This document shows positions 16,506-24,995 of a stretch of 64,000 bases of DNA, piece after piece; the stretch's first letter is position 1; every line of letters begins with the position of its first letter. Location of the stretch: assembly GCA_031460455.1 (NCBI GenBank), contig JAVKTQ010000016.1, positions 3,429 through 67,428 of the forward strand. The letters are read 5' to 3'. Both the position numbers and the translations under genes were made by a program. Origin of the DNA: Sporomusaceae bacterium. Its GTDB lineage: Bacteria; Bacillota; Negativicutes; Sporomusales; UBA7701. Under the pieces are notes generated by a model. The model was not told where the DNA came from and made no database searches. It saw only the letters and a list, made by a program, of their open reading frames with translations.

Positions 16506-16769
16506 TTGGAAGAAGCCTCTGTTGTCGAAATGGGCATGGATACGGCCGGCCCCGGTCCGGAGGCGACCGGCGACGCGCCCGCGGAGGCTGACGGGGATGG
16601 CTGCGCGGGAACCGGGGCCGCCAGGCTGCCGGATATTGAGTCATGGCTGCCGGGCGGGAGCATATGGCTGTATGCGGTCCCGATCATCCTGCTGCTGTTC
16701 CTCTGGCTGTTCTACCCCGCCATTCTCATCCTCGCGTGCGTGATTCTCATGCTGTGGCTGCTGGGCTGA
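16506..16769 (+). CDS. Small membrane protein (acidic N-terminus, hydrophobic C-terminal hairpin)
   Basis: AAGGGGG RBS, TTG start, C-terminal hydrophobic stretch. Confidence 0.6.
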   Translation: MEEASVVEMGMDTAGPGPEATGDAPAEADGDGCAGTGAARLPDIESWLPGGSIWLYAVPIILLLFLWLFYPAILILACVILMLWLLG

Positions 16770-16895
16770 CCAGCCCGCCGGACCGGAATTAAAAGCGCCG
16801 CCCCGTTTTGGGCCGAATTAGCCCGCTATCCACCGGGATAGCGGGCATGGTCCTCCATCGTACCGCCCGCTGGCGTTGTCTCCCGCTCGCGGTAG

Positions 16896-16924
16896 TTGAC
16901 AAATCGGCTCCGCTCGTTTAGAAT
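16896..16924 (+). promoter_or_regulatory. sigma-A promoter of the tRNA pair
   Basis: TTGACA, 17 bp, TAGAAT. Confidence 0.8.
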
Positions 16925-16958
16925 ATTCTCTGCACGACAATATACACTATATAACTGT

Positions 16959-17035
16959 TGGGGAGTCGCCAAGCTGGTTAAGGCATCGGACTCTGACTCC
17001 GACATTCGAGGGTTCAAATCCTTCCTCCCCAGCCA
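16959..17035 (+). tRNA. tRNA-Gln (anticodon CTG)
   Basis: Acceptor TGGGGAG/CTCCCCA, anticodon arm TCGGA-CTCTGAC-TCCGA, GGTTCAAATCC T-arm, encoded CCA. Confidence 0.97.
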
Positions 17036-17039
17036 TCAT

Positions 17040-17115
<76 letters not shown>

Positions 17116-17122
17116 CAAGTTC

Positions 17123-17150
17123 AAGGCCTCGCAGAGATGCGAGGCTTTTT
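17123..17150 (+). terminator. Terminator after the tRNAs
   Basis: AAGGCCTCGCA-GAGA-TGCGAGGCTTTTT. Confidence 0.8.
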
Positions 17151-17271
17151 GTTATGTTTATTTCGGCAACAGTCCCGGCAGCGCCGGACGCAGAAGCAAA
17201 AACGCCTGCTGAAAAAAAGCCGGAAAGAATTCCGCCTCTGCGGGATTCTTTCCGGCCGAAAGATTGCTAAT

Positions 17272-17577
17272 TTATTCAGCGACTTCCATGTTCATGAGGG
17301 CTGAGCTCAGCGACTTGCCATGGATATCCAAGGCGAGTGTGCGGGTTACTCCGCCGCCGAGCGCCTGAAACATCACGAAATTCAGAGCCCCGATGTTGGG
17401 AAGCTCATAGCGGACGACCTCACCCTGCACGATATCGGCGAAAAACGCTTTTACCCGTTCGGCGGTGATATGCTTCTCAAGCAACGGGTAATTGGCGGGA
17501 TCATAGGCGATTACCGAGATGTTCGATGTGTTTCCTTTGTCCCCTGTTCTGGAGTGGGCGATTTCGCGAAGTTTCAT
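17272..17577 (-). CDS. AtuA-related small protein (AtuA C-terminal-like)
   Basis: LREIAHSRTGDKGN...RYELPNIGALNF...GGG...LALDIHGKSLS motif. Confidence 0.85.
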   Translation of the reverse strand: MKLREIAHSRTGDKGNTSNISVIAYDPANYPLLEKHITAERVKAFFADIVQGEVVRYELPNIGALNFVMFQALGGGVTRTLALDIHGKSLSSALMNMEVAE

Positions 17578-17578
17578 C

Positions 17579-18916
17579 TCATACCACCTCGTACTTGACA
17601 GAGTATTTGACCAGCGACCTGGGTATAAGGATCGAAACCATCGCCACTACTTCTCTCGCCGTTTTCCATGCTCCGGCACCCCCGGCCGGACCGTTGGTGT
17701 ACAGGGTTTCGACTTCATTGCCGATGCGAACGGCTTCTTTCATGTTTTGCGTCCGGCCGGCGACCCGCGCGCGAACTTCGTACGGTTCGTGTCCGGCCGA
17801 CAGGCTGGCGGCATGGAGGGAGTTGACGCCGATAAGATCGAACCGGATTTCCGAAACCTTTACTCCCATGAGACCAAGCCGTTCTTTCACGATGTCGAGC
17901 GCCAGCTGGCCGCGGGCGGCGGCGCCCGGGCCGGCGTAACTTATCTGCCCCTCGCCGATATAGCTGTCGACATAGCCGATGGAGACTTTCAAGAAGTCGG
18001 TCTTCGGAATCCCTTTGCCCCCGGCTATTTTTACATGATCTTTTGCGATTTCCGTCATTTGCACGTCGGTGAAATCGGCCACTACGTCGGGCGTGAAGTA
18101 GGCGGCCGGATTGTGTATTTCGTACAGCAGTTGCTCTTTGCAGGTTGCCAGGGTGACCATGCCGCCGGCCTCGGCTACTTTTGTGATAACCGCGGTGCCG
18201 TCTGCATTTACTTCGGCGATTGGGAAGCCAAGATGGCCGATACCTGGGACGTCTTTGTAGCCAGGGTCGGCGAAATATCCCCCGGTGATCTGACCGGCGC
18301 ACTCCATCAGGTGGCCAATTACAGTGGCTTTGCCCAGTAAGTCCCAGTCATCCGGCGACCAGCCGAATTCGTACGCCAGAGGCGCCAGGAACAAGGCTGG
18401 GTCGGCCACACGGCCGGTGATTACGATGTCCGCTCCGCCCTTAAGGGCCTCGATGATCGGCTCGGCGCCAAGATACGCGTTGGCCGAGACCAGTTTATCC
18501 TTGATGGTGGAAAGCTGTTCGCCCGTCTCTTCTATCTTGTATTCTTGCGCACGGATGGTTTCAAGAACATCGTCACCGCTTACGGCGGCGATTTTCAGGC
18601 CCCTGATGCCGAGCTTTTGCGCAACTTCCTTGATTTTCTGCGCACCTGCCTCCGGGTTGGCGGCTCCCATGTTGGTGATTATTTTTATGCCCTTTTGGCG
18701 GCAAACCGGCAGGACGGCTTCCATCCGCGCGGCCAGCAGAGCGTCATACCCTGCCGCCGGGTCTTTCATTTTCGCCTGCTGAGCAATGGCAATCGTTCTC
18801 TCCGCCAGACATTCGAAGCACAGATACTGGATATCCCCTTTTTCCGCCAGTTCAACGGCAGGTTCAATCCTGTCGCCGGAGTAGCCTGCTCCTGCGCCAA
18901 GCCGAATCTTTTTCAT
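17579..18916 (-). CDS. atuA: Acyclic terpene utilization AtuA family (DUF1446) protein
   Basis: IRLGAGAGYSGDR, ECLAERT, ANAYLG, GRVADP, GHLMECAGQITGGY motifs. Confidence 0.9.
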   Translation of the reverse strand: MKKIRLGAGAGYSGDRIEPAVELAEKGDIQYLCFECLAERTIAIAQQAKMKDPAAGYDALLAARMEAVLPVCRQKGIKIITNMGAANPEAGAQKIKEVAQKLGIRGLKIAAVSGDDVLETIRAQEYKIEETGEQLSTIKDKLVSANAYLGAEPIIEALKGGADIVITGRVADPALFLAPLAYEFGWSPDDWDLLGKATVIGHLMECAGQITGGYFADPGYKDVPGIGHLGFPIAEVNADGTAVITKVAEAGGMVTLATCKEQLLYEIHNPAAYFTPDVVADFTDVQMTEIAKDHVKIAGGKGIPKTDFLKVSIGYVDSYIGEGQISYAGPGAAARGQLALDIVKERLGLMGVKVSEIRFDLIGVNSLHAASLSAGHEPYEVRARVAGRTQNMKEAVRIGNEVETLYTNGPAGGAGAWKTAREVVAMVSILIPRSLVKYSVKYEVV

Positions 18917-18997
18917 AGGATCACCTCAAATGTTTTTGATAGCATACATACCCTGGGTCGACCCGGGATGAACCCGCATATTCGCCGCAAACAGGCG

Positions 18998-20296
18998 TTA
19001 CAAGCCGAAAGCCCCGGTCAGAACCGCAACAATCGTCATCACGATCGTTACCCCGAACGCGAAGGGGATGGTGAATTTCTGATGGTCGCCAAGGTCGACG
19101 CCGGCGAGGCCGACCAGCAGGAAAGTCGAAGCCGTCAGCGGACTTATCGGGAAACCGGTGGTCATCTGTCCGAGGATGGCCGCGCGGGCGACTTCTATTT
19201 TCGCGACGCCCATCGCCTCGGCAGCCGTGGCCAGAACAGGCAGAATCCCGAAGTAATAGGAATCCGGGTCGAAGAGGAGGCTCGCCGGCATGGAGGTGAC
19301 GGCGGTCAGGACGGGCAGATGACCGCCGAGCGTTTTGGGCACTATTGCCACAAGCGTGCCGGCCATCGCCTTGATCATGCCCGATTTCGTAAGGATGCCG
19401 GTGAAGATGCCGGCCGCAAAGATGATGGCGATCATGAATACGGCCGATTTTCCTTGGGCGACGATACGCTCCTGCTGCATTTTGACATCCGGGTAGTTGA
19501 CCACCAGGGCGATTACCAGCGCCACCATGAATACGACGGGCAGCGGTATCAGTTTGCCTTCGACCAGGGCGACGATGGCTGCGATAGTAAGGATGATGTT
19601 GAACCAGACGAGCTTAGGACGTTTGAGCGGGTCCACTTTTTCCTCTTCGGCGGGAGCGCCGCTTTCGCTGTCAAGCTTGATAACTCCCAGACGCGACCGC
19701 TCCCTGCGCCCCAGCAGGTAGGAAAAGAATATTACGGCGGCCAGGCCGGCCAACTGGGCGGGGATGACGGGGTTGAACAATTCCGTCATATTAAGGTGCA
19801 GGGAAGTCGCCGCACGCAGTGTCGGGCCGCCCCACGGCAGCATGTTCATTGTCCCCGCTCCCAGTGCGACGATGCATGCCAGCACTTTTCTGTCCATGCC
19901 CAGTTTGTCGTAAATCGGCAGCAAAGCCGGCACGGCGATCAGGAAGGTGGAAGCGCCCGAGCCGTCAAGGTGCGCCAGCATGGCTATAACCGCGGTGCCC
20001 ACGGCGACTTTGACCGGGTCGCCGCCGCCGTACCTGACGATTCTTTTGATAGCAGGGTCGAACATGCCTGTATCGTTCATTACCCCGAAATAGAGAATTG
20101 CGAACGTCAGCATTACGCCTACCGGCGCTACGCTTTTGATCCCGTCAAAAGCGAACGCCCCCAGTTTAGGCCCGAAGCCCGCCAGCGCGCCGAACACGGC
20201 CGGCACCGCGACAAGCGCGACTATGACCGAGGCCCTCTTTGTCATGATTAAAATCAATAACGCCGCGATGATACAAAAGCCCCATAAAGATAGCAT
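18998..20296 (-). CDS. CitMHS family citrate:proton symporter-like transporter
   Basis: LDGSGASTFLIAVPALLP, MNMLPWGGP, DSYYFGILP, GQMTTGFPISP motifs. Confidence 0.92.
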   Translation of the reverse strand: MLSLWGFCIIAALLILIMTKRASVIVALVAVPAVFGALAGFGPKLGAFAFDGIKSVAPVGVMLTFAILYFGVMNDTGMFDPAIKRIVRYGGGDPVKVAVGTAVIAMLAHLDGSGASTFLIAVPALLPIYDKLGMDRKVLACIVALGAGTMNMLPWGGPTLRAATSLHLNMTELFNPVIPAQLAGLAAVIFFSYLLGRRERSRLGVIKLDSESGAPAEEEKVDPLKRPKLVWFNIILTIAAIVALVEGKLIPLPVVFMVALVIALVVNYPDVKMQQERIVAQGKSAVFMIAIIFAAGIFTGILTKSGMIKAMAGTLVAIVPKTLGGHLPVLTAVTSMPASLLFDPDSYYFGILPVLATAAEAMGVAKIEVARAAILGQMTTGFPISPLTASTFLLVGLAGVDLGDHQKFTIPFAFGVTIVMTIVAVLTGAFGL

Positions 20297-20334
20297 CGAT
20301 TGATCCTCCTTTGCTCGTCATAGCCATTTATAGA

Positions 20335-20350
20335 TGCAAATTCCATGCCA
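20335..20350 (-). promoter_or_regulatory. sigma54 (-24/-12) promoter of the CitMHS-atuA operon
   Basis: Minus strand TGGCATGGAATTTGCA, exact GG-N10-GC spacing, next to a sigma54 activator gene. Confidence 0.85.
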
Positions 20351-20374
20351 GCCAATTTGGGCGGCTTAGCGGGC

Positions 20375-20496
20375 TTTATTTATCAGATTTGATAAATAAA
20401 AGAGAGCCGCTGCCAGGCAATCCTCCCCGGATTGCCTGGCAGCGGCTCTTATCATTATTGATAAGGCAGTTGCTGCATAATTCTCATTTATGATAA
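20375..20496. promoter_or_regulatory. Three TTATCA-N4-TGATAA boxes (candidate enhancer/UAS) around a perfect 21-bp hairpin
   Basis: Boxes at 20380-95, 20449-64 and 20481-96 (one mismatch); hairpin 20403-20449. Confidence 0.65.
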
Positions 20497-21863
20497 TTAT
20501 GCAGTCGGCGGTACAGGCTGGCGATCGAAATGCCCAGAATGGCGGCGACTTTTTTCTTCCCGTCGGTGTTCTCGCCGTGCGCCTCAAGCAGTTGCAGGAT
20601 GTTTTGCCGTTCGAACTCTTTGACGCGCTGGGCCAAAGTACCGCCGGCGTTAATCCGGTCCAGGCCCGCCTGCGCCAGAATTCGGCGTGGCAAGTGTTCG
20701 GGCAGTATTTCGTCGCCGGTGATGACATTGCAGGCGAATTCGATCGCGTTTTTCAATTCGCGGATATTTCCGGGCCAGTCGTACGCCAGGAAGATTTTTT
20801 CCACCTCGGCACTGATTTTGAAGTGCTTCTTTTTCGCCGATGCGCGGCTGTCCGCGAAGTGACGCGCCAGGAGAGGGATGTCCTCCCTGCGCTTTCTCAG
20901 GGGCGGCAGGATTATCTGGAATACGTTTATCCGATAATATAGGTCTTCGCGGAAGTTCTTCTTTTCCACCATGAGTTCCAGGTCCTGATGAGTCGCGCAA
21001 ATGACGCGTATATCTATCGCTTTCTCCCCCAGATCCCCGACCCGCCTTATCCTTTTCTCCTGGAGGACCCGCAGCAGTTTGGCCTGCAGGTCGTTGCCCA
21101 TGTCGCCTATTTCATCCAAAAACAGTGTTCCGCCGTCGGCAAGATGCAGGAGGCCGGGTTTCCCGCCCTTCTTGGTGCCGGTAAACGCCCCTTCCGTGTA
21201 ACCGAAAAGCTCGCTCTCGAGCAAATTGACCGGAACAGCGGCACAGTTTATGGCGACGAAAGGCCGATGCTTCCTGGCGCTTGCGTTGTGAATCCCCTGA
21301 GCTATGAGTTCTTTGCCGGTGCCGCTTTCGCCCTGCAGAAGGATGCTGGCGTCCGACACCGCGGCGCGTTCGGCCAGCGCTACGCAGGCGCGAAATTCGG
21401 GATTGCCGTATATCAGGTCGTCAAAGGTATATATGGCGCTGAGGATTTCCTTTACCGTTCCCTGCAGGTCTCTTAGCCTGTTTTGCGCCCTGTTGAGTTC
21501 TTCCGACAGTTTCTGTACCTCGGTGATATCCCTGATAATCGAAACCCCGCCGATTATTTCTCCGGCCACGATGATCGGCGACATATCGACAACGTATTCG
21601 ACTTTACCGTCGGTGCGGTAGACGCCGTTCATGCCCTGCCCAGTCTTGATGACCGTCGGCAGTATGGCTCCGGGCCTCACTTCGACGAGCTTGCGGAAAA
21701 GGATTTCCTCGGCTTTTTTGCCGATGATGCGCAGGTATTGTTTGTTGACGTACTGGACTATTCCGTCTTTGTCGGCGATCAGCAGGCCTTCGTTCAGAGA
21801 ATCGAAAATATCTATCGACCATTTTGCAAGCGAGGCTGCGTCAAGGATGTTTTTGGCGCTCAT
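20484..21863 (-). CDS. sigma54-dependent enhancer-binding regulator (PAS-AAA+-HTH)
   Basis: GESGTGKE, ESELFGY, GAFTG, LFLDEIGD, WPGNIRELKN, C-terminal Fis HTH. Confidence 0.97.
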   Translation of the reverse strand: MSAKNILDAASLAKWSIDIFDSLNEGLLIADKDGIVQYVNKQYLRIIGKKAEEILFRKLVEVRPGAILPTVIKTGQGMNGVYRTDGKVEYVVDMSPIIVAGEIIGGVSIIRDITEVQKLSEELNRAQNRLRDLQGTVKEILSAIYTFDDLIYGNPEFRACVALAERAAVSDASILLQGESGTGKELIAQGIHNASARKHRPFVAINCAAVPVNLLESELFGYTEGAFTGTKKGGKPGLLHLADGGTLFLDEIGDMGNDLQAKLLRVLQEKRIRRVGDLGEKAIDIRVICATHQDLELMVEKKNFREDLYYRINVFQIILPPLRKRREDIPLLARHFADSRASAKKKHFKISAEVEKIFLAYDWPGNIRELKNAIEFACNVITGDEILPEHLPRRILAQAGLDRINAGGTLAQRVKEFERQNILQLLEAHGENTDGKKKVAAILGISIASLYRRLHNYHK

Positions 21864-22062
21864 CGTCGGTACCTCCGCGCGGCAGCGTTAGTTACTCTGC
21901 TCCTTCGCTCCCAGGCTCGTCAAATCCTGCTCCGGCCGATACGGGCCGGCGCTGGAAAAGCCAAGCCTCTCAGAAAACGGAGCTTTTTCGCTGCCGGTGG
22001 AGGATTTGGCGGCCGGACGTATAAATGGGACGGTAGCGACTAATTTGCACGAGGTGTTGGGC

Positions 22063-22260
22063 ATGGAGTATGCGAGCGGCGACAGGATCATCGTCACGGC
22101 GGGAGGCGCGCGGCTGATGTGGACCATCCACGCGGTCAACAGCCGGGTGGTGAAGTATATCGACGAGCAGGGCCGCTACGGTCAGATGCCGGTGAGCCAC
22201 CTGGAGGAGCTGCTGGGGAACGGCCAGGCCGAGTTGAAGAGCGGCGCCGGCGGGGAGTAG
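22063..22260 (+). CDS. Small hypothetical protein (65 aa)
   Basis: GAGGTG RBS, ATG 22063, beta-rich composition. Confidence 0.55.
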   Translation: MEYASGDRIIVTAGGARLMWTIHAVNSRVVKYIDEQGRYGQMPVSHLEELLGNGQAELKSGAGGE

Positions 22261-22261
22261 C

Positions 22262-22816
22262 TCAGTCGGCGATCAGCTTGTGGAGGGCTAAGAGGAGGAG
22301 AAAGGCCACCCCTGCGAGGCGGTGACCTTTCCTGAAGCCGGCGCCCCGGCTGCCGGCAAGCGACAGGCCGGTGGCGAAGAGGATAACGAGCAGGAGCAGC
22401 GCCGCGAGGCCGGAGATTTCGTCCGTTGGCAACCGACCGTCCCACAGCAGATAGCCGTGGAGGGCGGCGGCGGCGACGATGGCCGCCCCGGCAAGAGGAT
22501 GGGTGAGCCGGAGCAAGCGGAGGGCAGAGCGGAGCGTCGGAACGGCTGCCTGCGGGACAGCGCCGCGTTTGAGGGCGGCGGCGGCGGCTTCGCGCCCGAG
22601 GTAGTAGGCGACGGCGATGAGGGTGAGGGAGCCTGCCGTCTCGCCGAGTCCTTTGCCGAGCCCACGCAGCCAGCGGGGCGGCAGGCCCTGGGCAAAGCCC
22701 AGGTAATGGTCGGCGACGATGATGGCGAGGACGGCGATTACCGCGCCGCCGGCAACAGTCGACGCTTTTGCGGCCAACCAGGCCGCGAGGTTTTCCAGTT
22801 TGGTCAGTGTCGCCAT
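22262..22816 (-). CDS. Membrane protein with His residues in TM segments (cytochrome b / ferric-reductase-like)
   Basis: 5 hydrophobic segments; LTHP, LHGY, GHR and LHK His spacing. Confidence 0.65.
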   Translation of the reverse strand: MATLTKLENLAAWLAAKASTVAGGAVIAVLAIIVADHYLGFAQGLPPRWLRGLGKGLGETAGSLTLIAVAYYLGREAAAAALKRGAVPQAAVPTLRSALRLLRLTHPLAGAAIVAAAALHGYLLWDGRLPTDEISGLAALLLLVILFATGLSLAGSRGAGFRKGHRLAGVAFLLLLALHKLIAD

Positions 22817-22946
22817 TGTTGTCCTCCGCCGGCGTTATTTTCTTGCCATTACTATTCTCCGCGGAAGCTGTCCGACCCTCCCGCCCTTTTGAGGCTCCGG
22901 GAGAAGAAAAAGCAGGCGCGCGCCTGCTTTTCCTATGCTGTCCGTT

Positions 22947-23510
22947 TTAGATGCCTTTGTCTTTCGGGGTGCTGACAACGAAGACTTTTACTGTCTTCAT
23001 GCCGAATTTCTCAGCCTCCGGCACCGACCATTTGGCGATGTCGATGCGGTTGCCCTTGATGGCGCCGCCGGTGTCTTCGGCGACTGCGTATTCGCCGTGG
23101 CCGTCGGGGTATTGGATGAAGACCTGGGAGCCGAGCGGGATGACTTTGGGGTCGACGGCGATTACGCCGGGACGGACCTGGGTGCCGAGGTGGGTCTTGT
23201 TGCCCCATTGGGCGTTGTCGTGCGCGCCGGGGGCGTAAGCGGTGGCGACCATCTTGATTTCTTTTTTGAAGTTTTCCGGCGCTTCGCCGCGAATTTTCTG
23301 GGCGTGCTCGGAAGCCTTGAGCTCGGTGCCGGGGGTGGCGGCCGCAGGCTTGGGATCGGGGGGCGCGGCGTGGGCGACGGCGGGCGGAACACCCGGCAGG
23401 CCGGCCGCGGACAGGACGAAGGCTCCGGCGACGGCGGCGGCGATGCGCCGGTATCTATTCTTCAGGCTTCTGTGACGGTAACCTTTGTGTCTACCGGCGT
23501 TATGCTTCAC
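22947..23510 (-). CDS. 3D-domain cell-wall-binding/lytic protein
   Basis: ATAY, IAVDPKVIPLGS, AEDTGGAIKGNRIDI; N-terminal signal/anchor. Confidence 0.93.
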   Translation of the reverse strand: MKHNAGRHKGYRHRSLKNRYRRIAAAVAGAFVLSAAGLPGVPPAVAHAAPPDPKPAAATPGTELKASEHAQKIRGEAPENFKKEIKMVATAYAPGAHDNAQWGNKTHLGTQVRPGVIAVDPKVIPLGSQVFIQYPDGHGEYAVAEDTGGAIKGNRIDIAKWSVPEAEKFGMKTVKVFVVSTPKDKGI

Positions 23511-23639
23511 AACGAAAGCCCCCTTTAACGGTTGTTATTCATAGTGTCTGTAAAAAAGGGGCCGCAATGCCCGGCATTTTTTGGACGGCGCTGAGAAAAA
23601 GAGGCAAAAAAAGTGACCCGGTCGAGCCGGGCCGTTTTT

Positions 23640-24974
23640 TTACTCGCTGAGGGTGCTTTCGGCCGGGGCGGCGGTTTTGCGGCCGAGCTCGTTGAAGCAG
23701 TAGTTGAGGCCGACGGCGATGATGCTGCCGGTGGTGATGCCGCTGTGGAGGAAGAGCTGCGCCCAGGCGGGGAAGCTGTGGTAGAAGGTGGGGACAGCCA
23801 GGGGGATGAGGCCGACGCCGAGGCTGACGGCGACGATCATGGCGTTGTGGTTGCCTTCGAAGGAGACGTTGCCGAGGACGCGGATGCCGCTGGCGGCGAC
23901 CATGCCGAACATGGCGATGCCCGCCCCGCCGAGTACCGGGGTGGGGATGGCGGCGACGACGGCGGCGGCTTTGGGGAAGAGGCCGAGAACCATGAGAATG
24001 ACGCCGGCGGCGACGATGACGAAGCGGCTTCTGACGCCTGTGAGGCCGACGAGGCCGACGTTCTGGGCGAAGGCCGAGTAAGGGAAGGTGTTCATGACAC
24101 CGCCGAGCATGGTGGCGAAGCCGTCGGCCCTGAGACCGCGCACGACGTCTTGTTGCTTGACCGGCCGGCCGACCATCTCGCCGACGGCGATCATGTCGCC
24201 GGTGGTTTCGGTCATTATGACGAGCATGGCGAGGAAGATGGTGAGGATGGCCATGAGGTCGAAGGTCGGCATGCCGAAGGCAAAGGGGGTGGTGATGCCG
24301 AACCAGGCGGCGGTGCCTACCTTGGCGAAGTCGGTCAGGCCCAAGAGGAAGGCGATGAGGGTGCCGGACACGAGGCCGAGCAGGACGGCGATGCTGCTCC
24401 AGAAGCCTTTGAGGAAGCGGTAGTAGCCGATCGTCAGCGCGAGGACGGCGAAGGCCATGGCGATGTTTTGGACGCTGGCGAACCCCGGAGCGCCCGGCAC
24501 GCCGCCGCCCGCCCAGCGGACGGCCACGGGCAGGAGCGAGACGCCGATGATGGTGATGATGGTGCCGGTGACGACGGGCGGGAAGTAGCGGATGAGGCGG
24601 CTGAAGTAGGGGCTGATGAGATAGGTCATAAGGCCGGCGACGATGATCGAGCCGAAGATGCCCTGGATGCCGTGCATTTTGCCGACAAGGATCATCGGCA
24701 TGACGGCCGCGAAGGAGACGCCCTGCACTACCGGCAGCTTGACCCCCATGTTGAGGAAGCCGAAGGACTGGATAATGGTGGCGATACCGACGGTGAAGAG
24801 GTCGGCGTTGATGAGGTAGATGAGCTGATCCTTGGAAAGCCCCAGGGCGTTGGCGATGATGAGGGGTACGGCGACGCAGCCGGCGTACATGGCCATGACG
24901 TGCTGGAGGCCGTAGGCGAACAGCTTGCCCTTGGGGAGGATCTCATCGACGGGATGGACTTTTTCGGTTTGCAT
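23640..24974 (-). CDS. Nucleobase:cation symporter-2 (xanthine/urate permease)
   Basis: LQH, NCS2 signature FAQNVGLVGLTG. Confidence 0.96.
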   Translation of the reverse strand: MQTEKVHPVDEILPKGKLFAYGLQHVMAMYAGCVAVPLIIANALGLSKDQLIYLINADLFTVGIATIIQSFGFLNMGVKLPVVQGVSFAAVMPMILVGKMHGIQGIFGSIIVAGLMTYLISPYFSRLIRYFPPVVTGTIITIIGVSLLPVAVRWAGGGVPGAPGFASVQNIAMAFAVLALTIGYYRFLKGFWSSIAVLLGLVSGTLIAFLLGLTDFAKVGTAAWFGITTPFAFGMPTFDLMAILTIFLAMLVIMTETTGDMIAVGEMVGRPVKQQDVVRGLRADGFATMLGGVMNTFPYSAFAQNVGLVGLTGVRSRFVIVAAGVILMVLGLFPKAAAVVAAIPTPVLGGAGIAMFGMVAASGIRVLGNVSFEGNHNAMIVAVSLGVGLIPLAVPTFYHSFPAWAQLFLHSGITTGSIIAVGLNYCFNELGRKTAAPAESTLSE

Positions 24975-24995
24975 GTGCTGTTTCTCTCCTTCGGC

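Noticed and set aside
21920-21940. TCAAATCCT match to the tRNA-Gln T-arm as an att site of the atuA cluster
   Set aside because: Only 9 bp, it is not the 3' end of the adjacent tRNA-Lys, and no integrase is present; compatible with chance.
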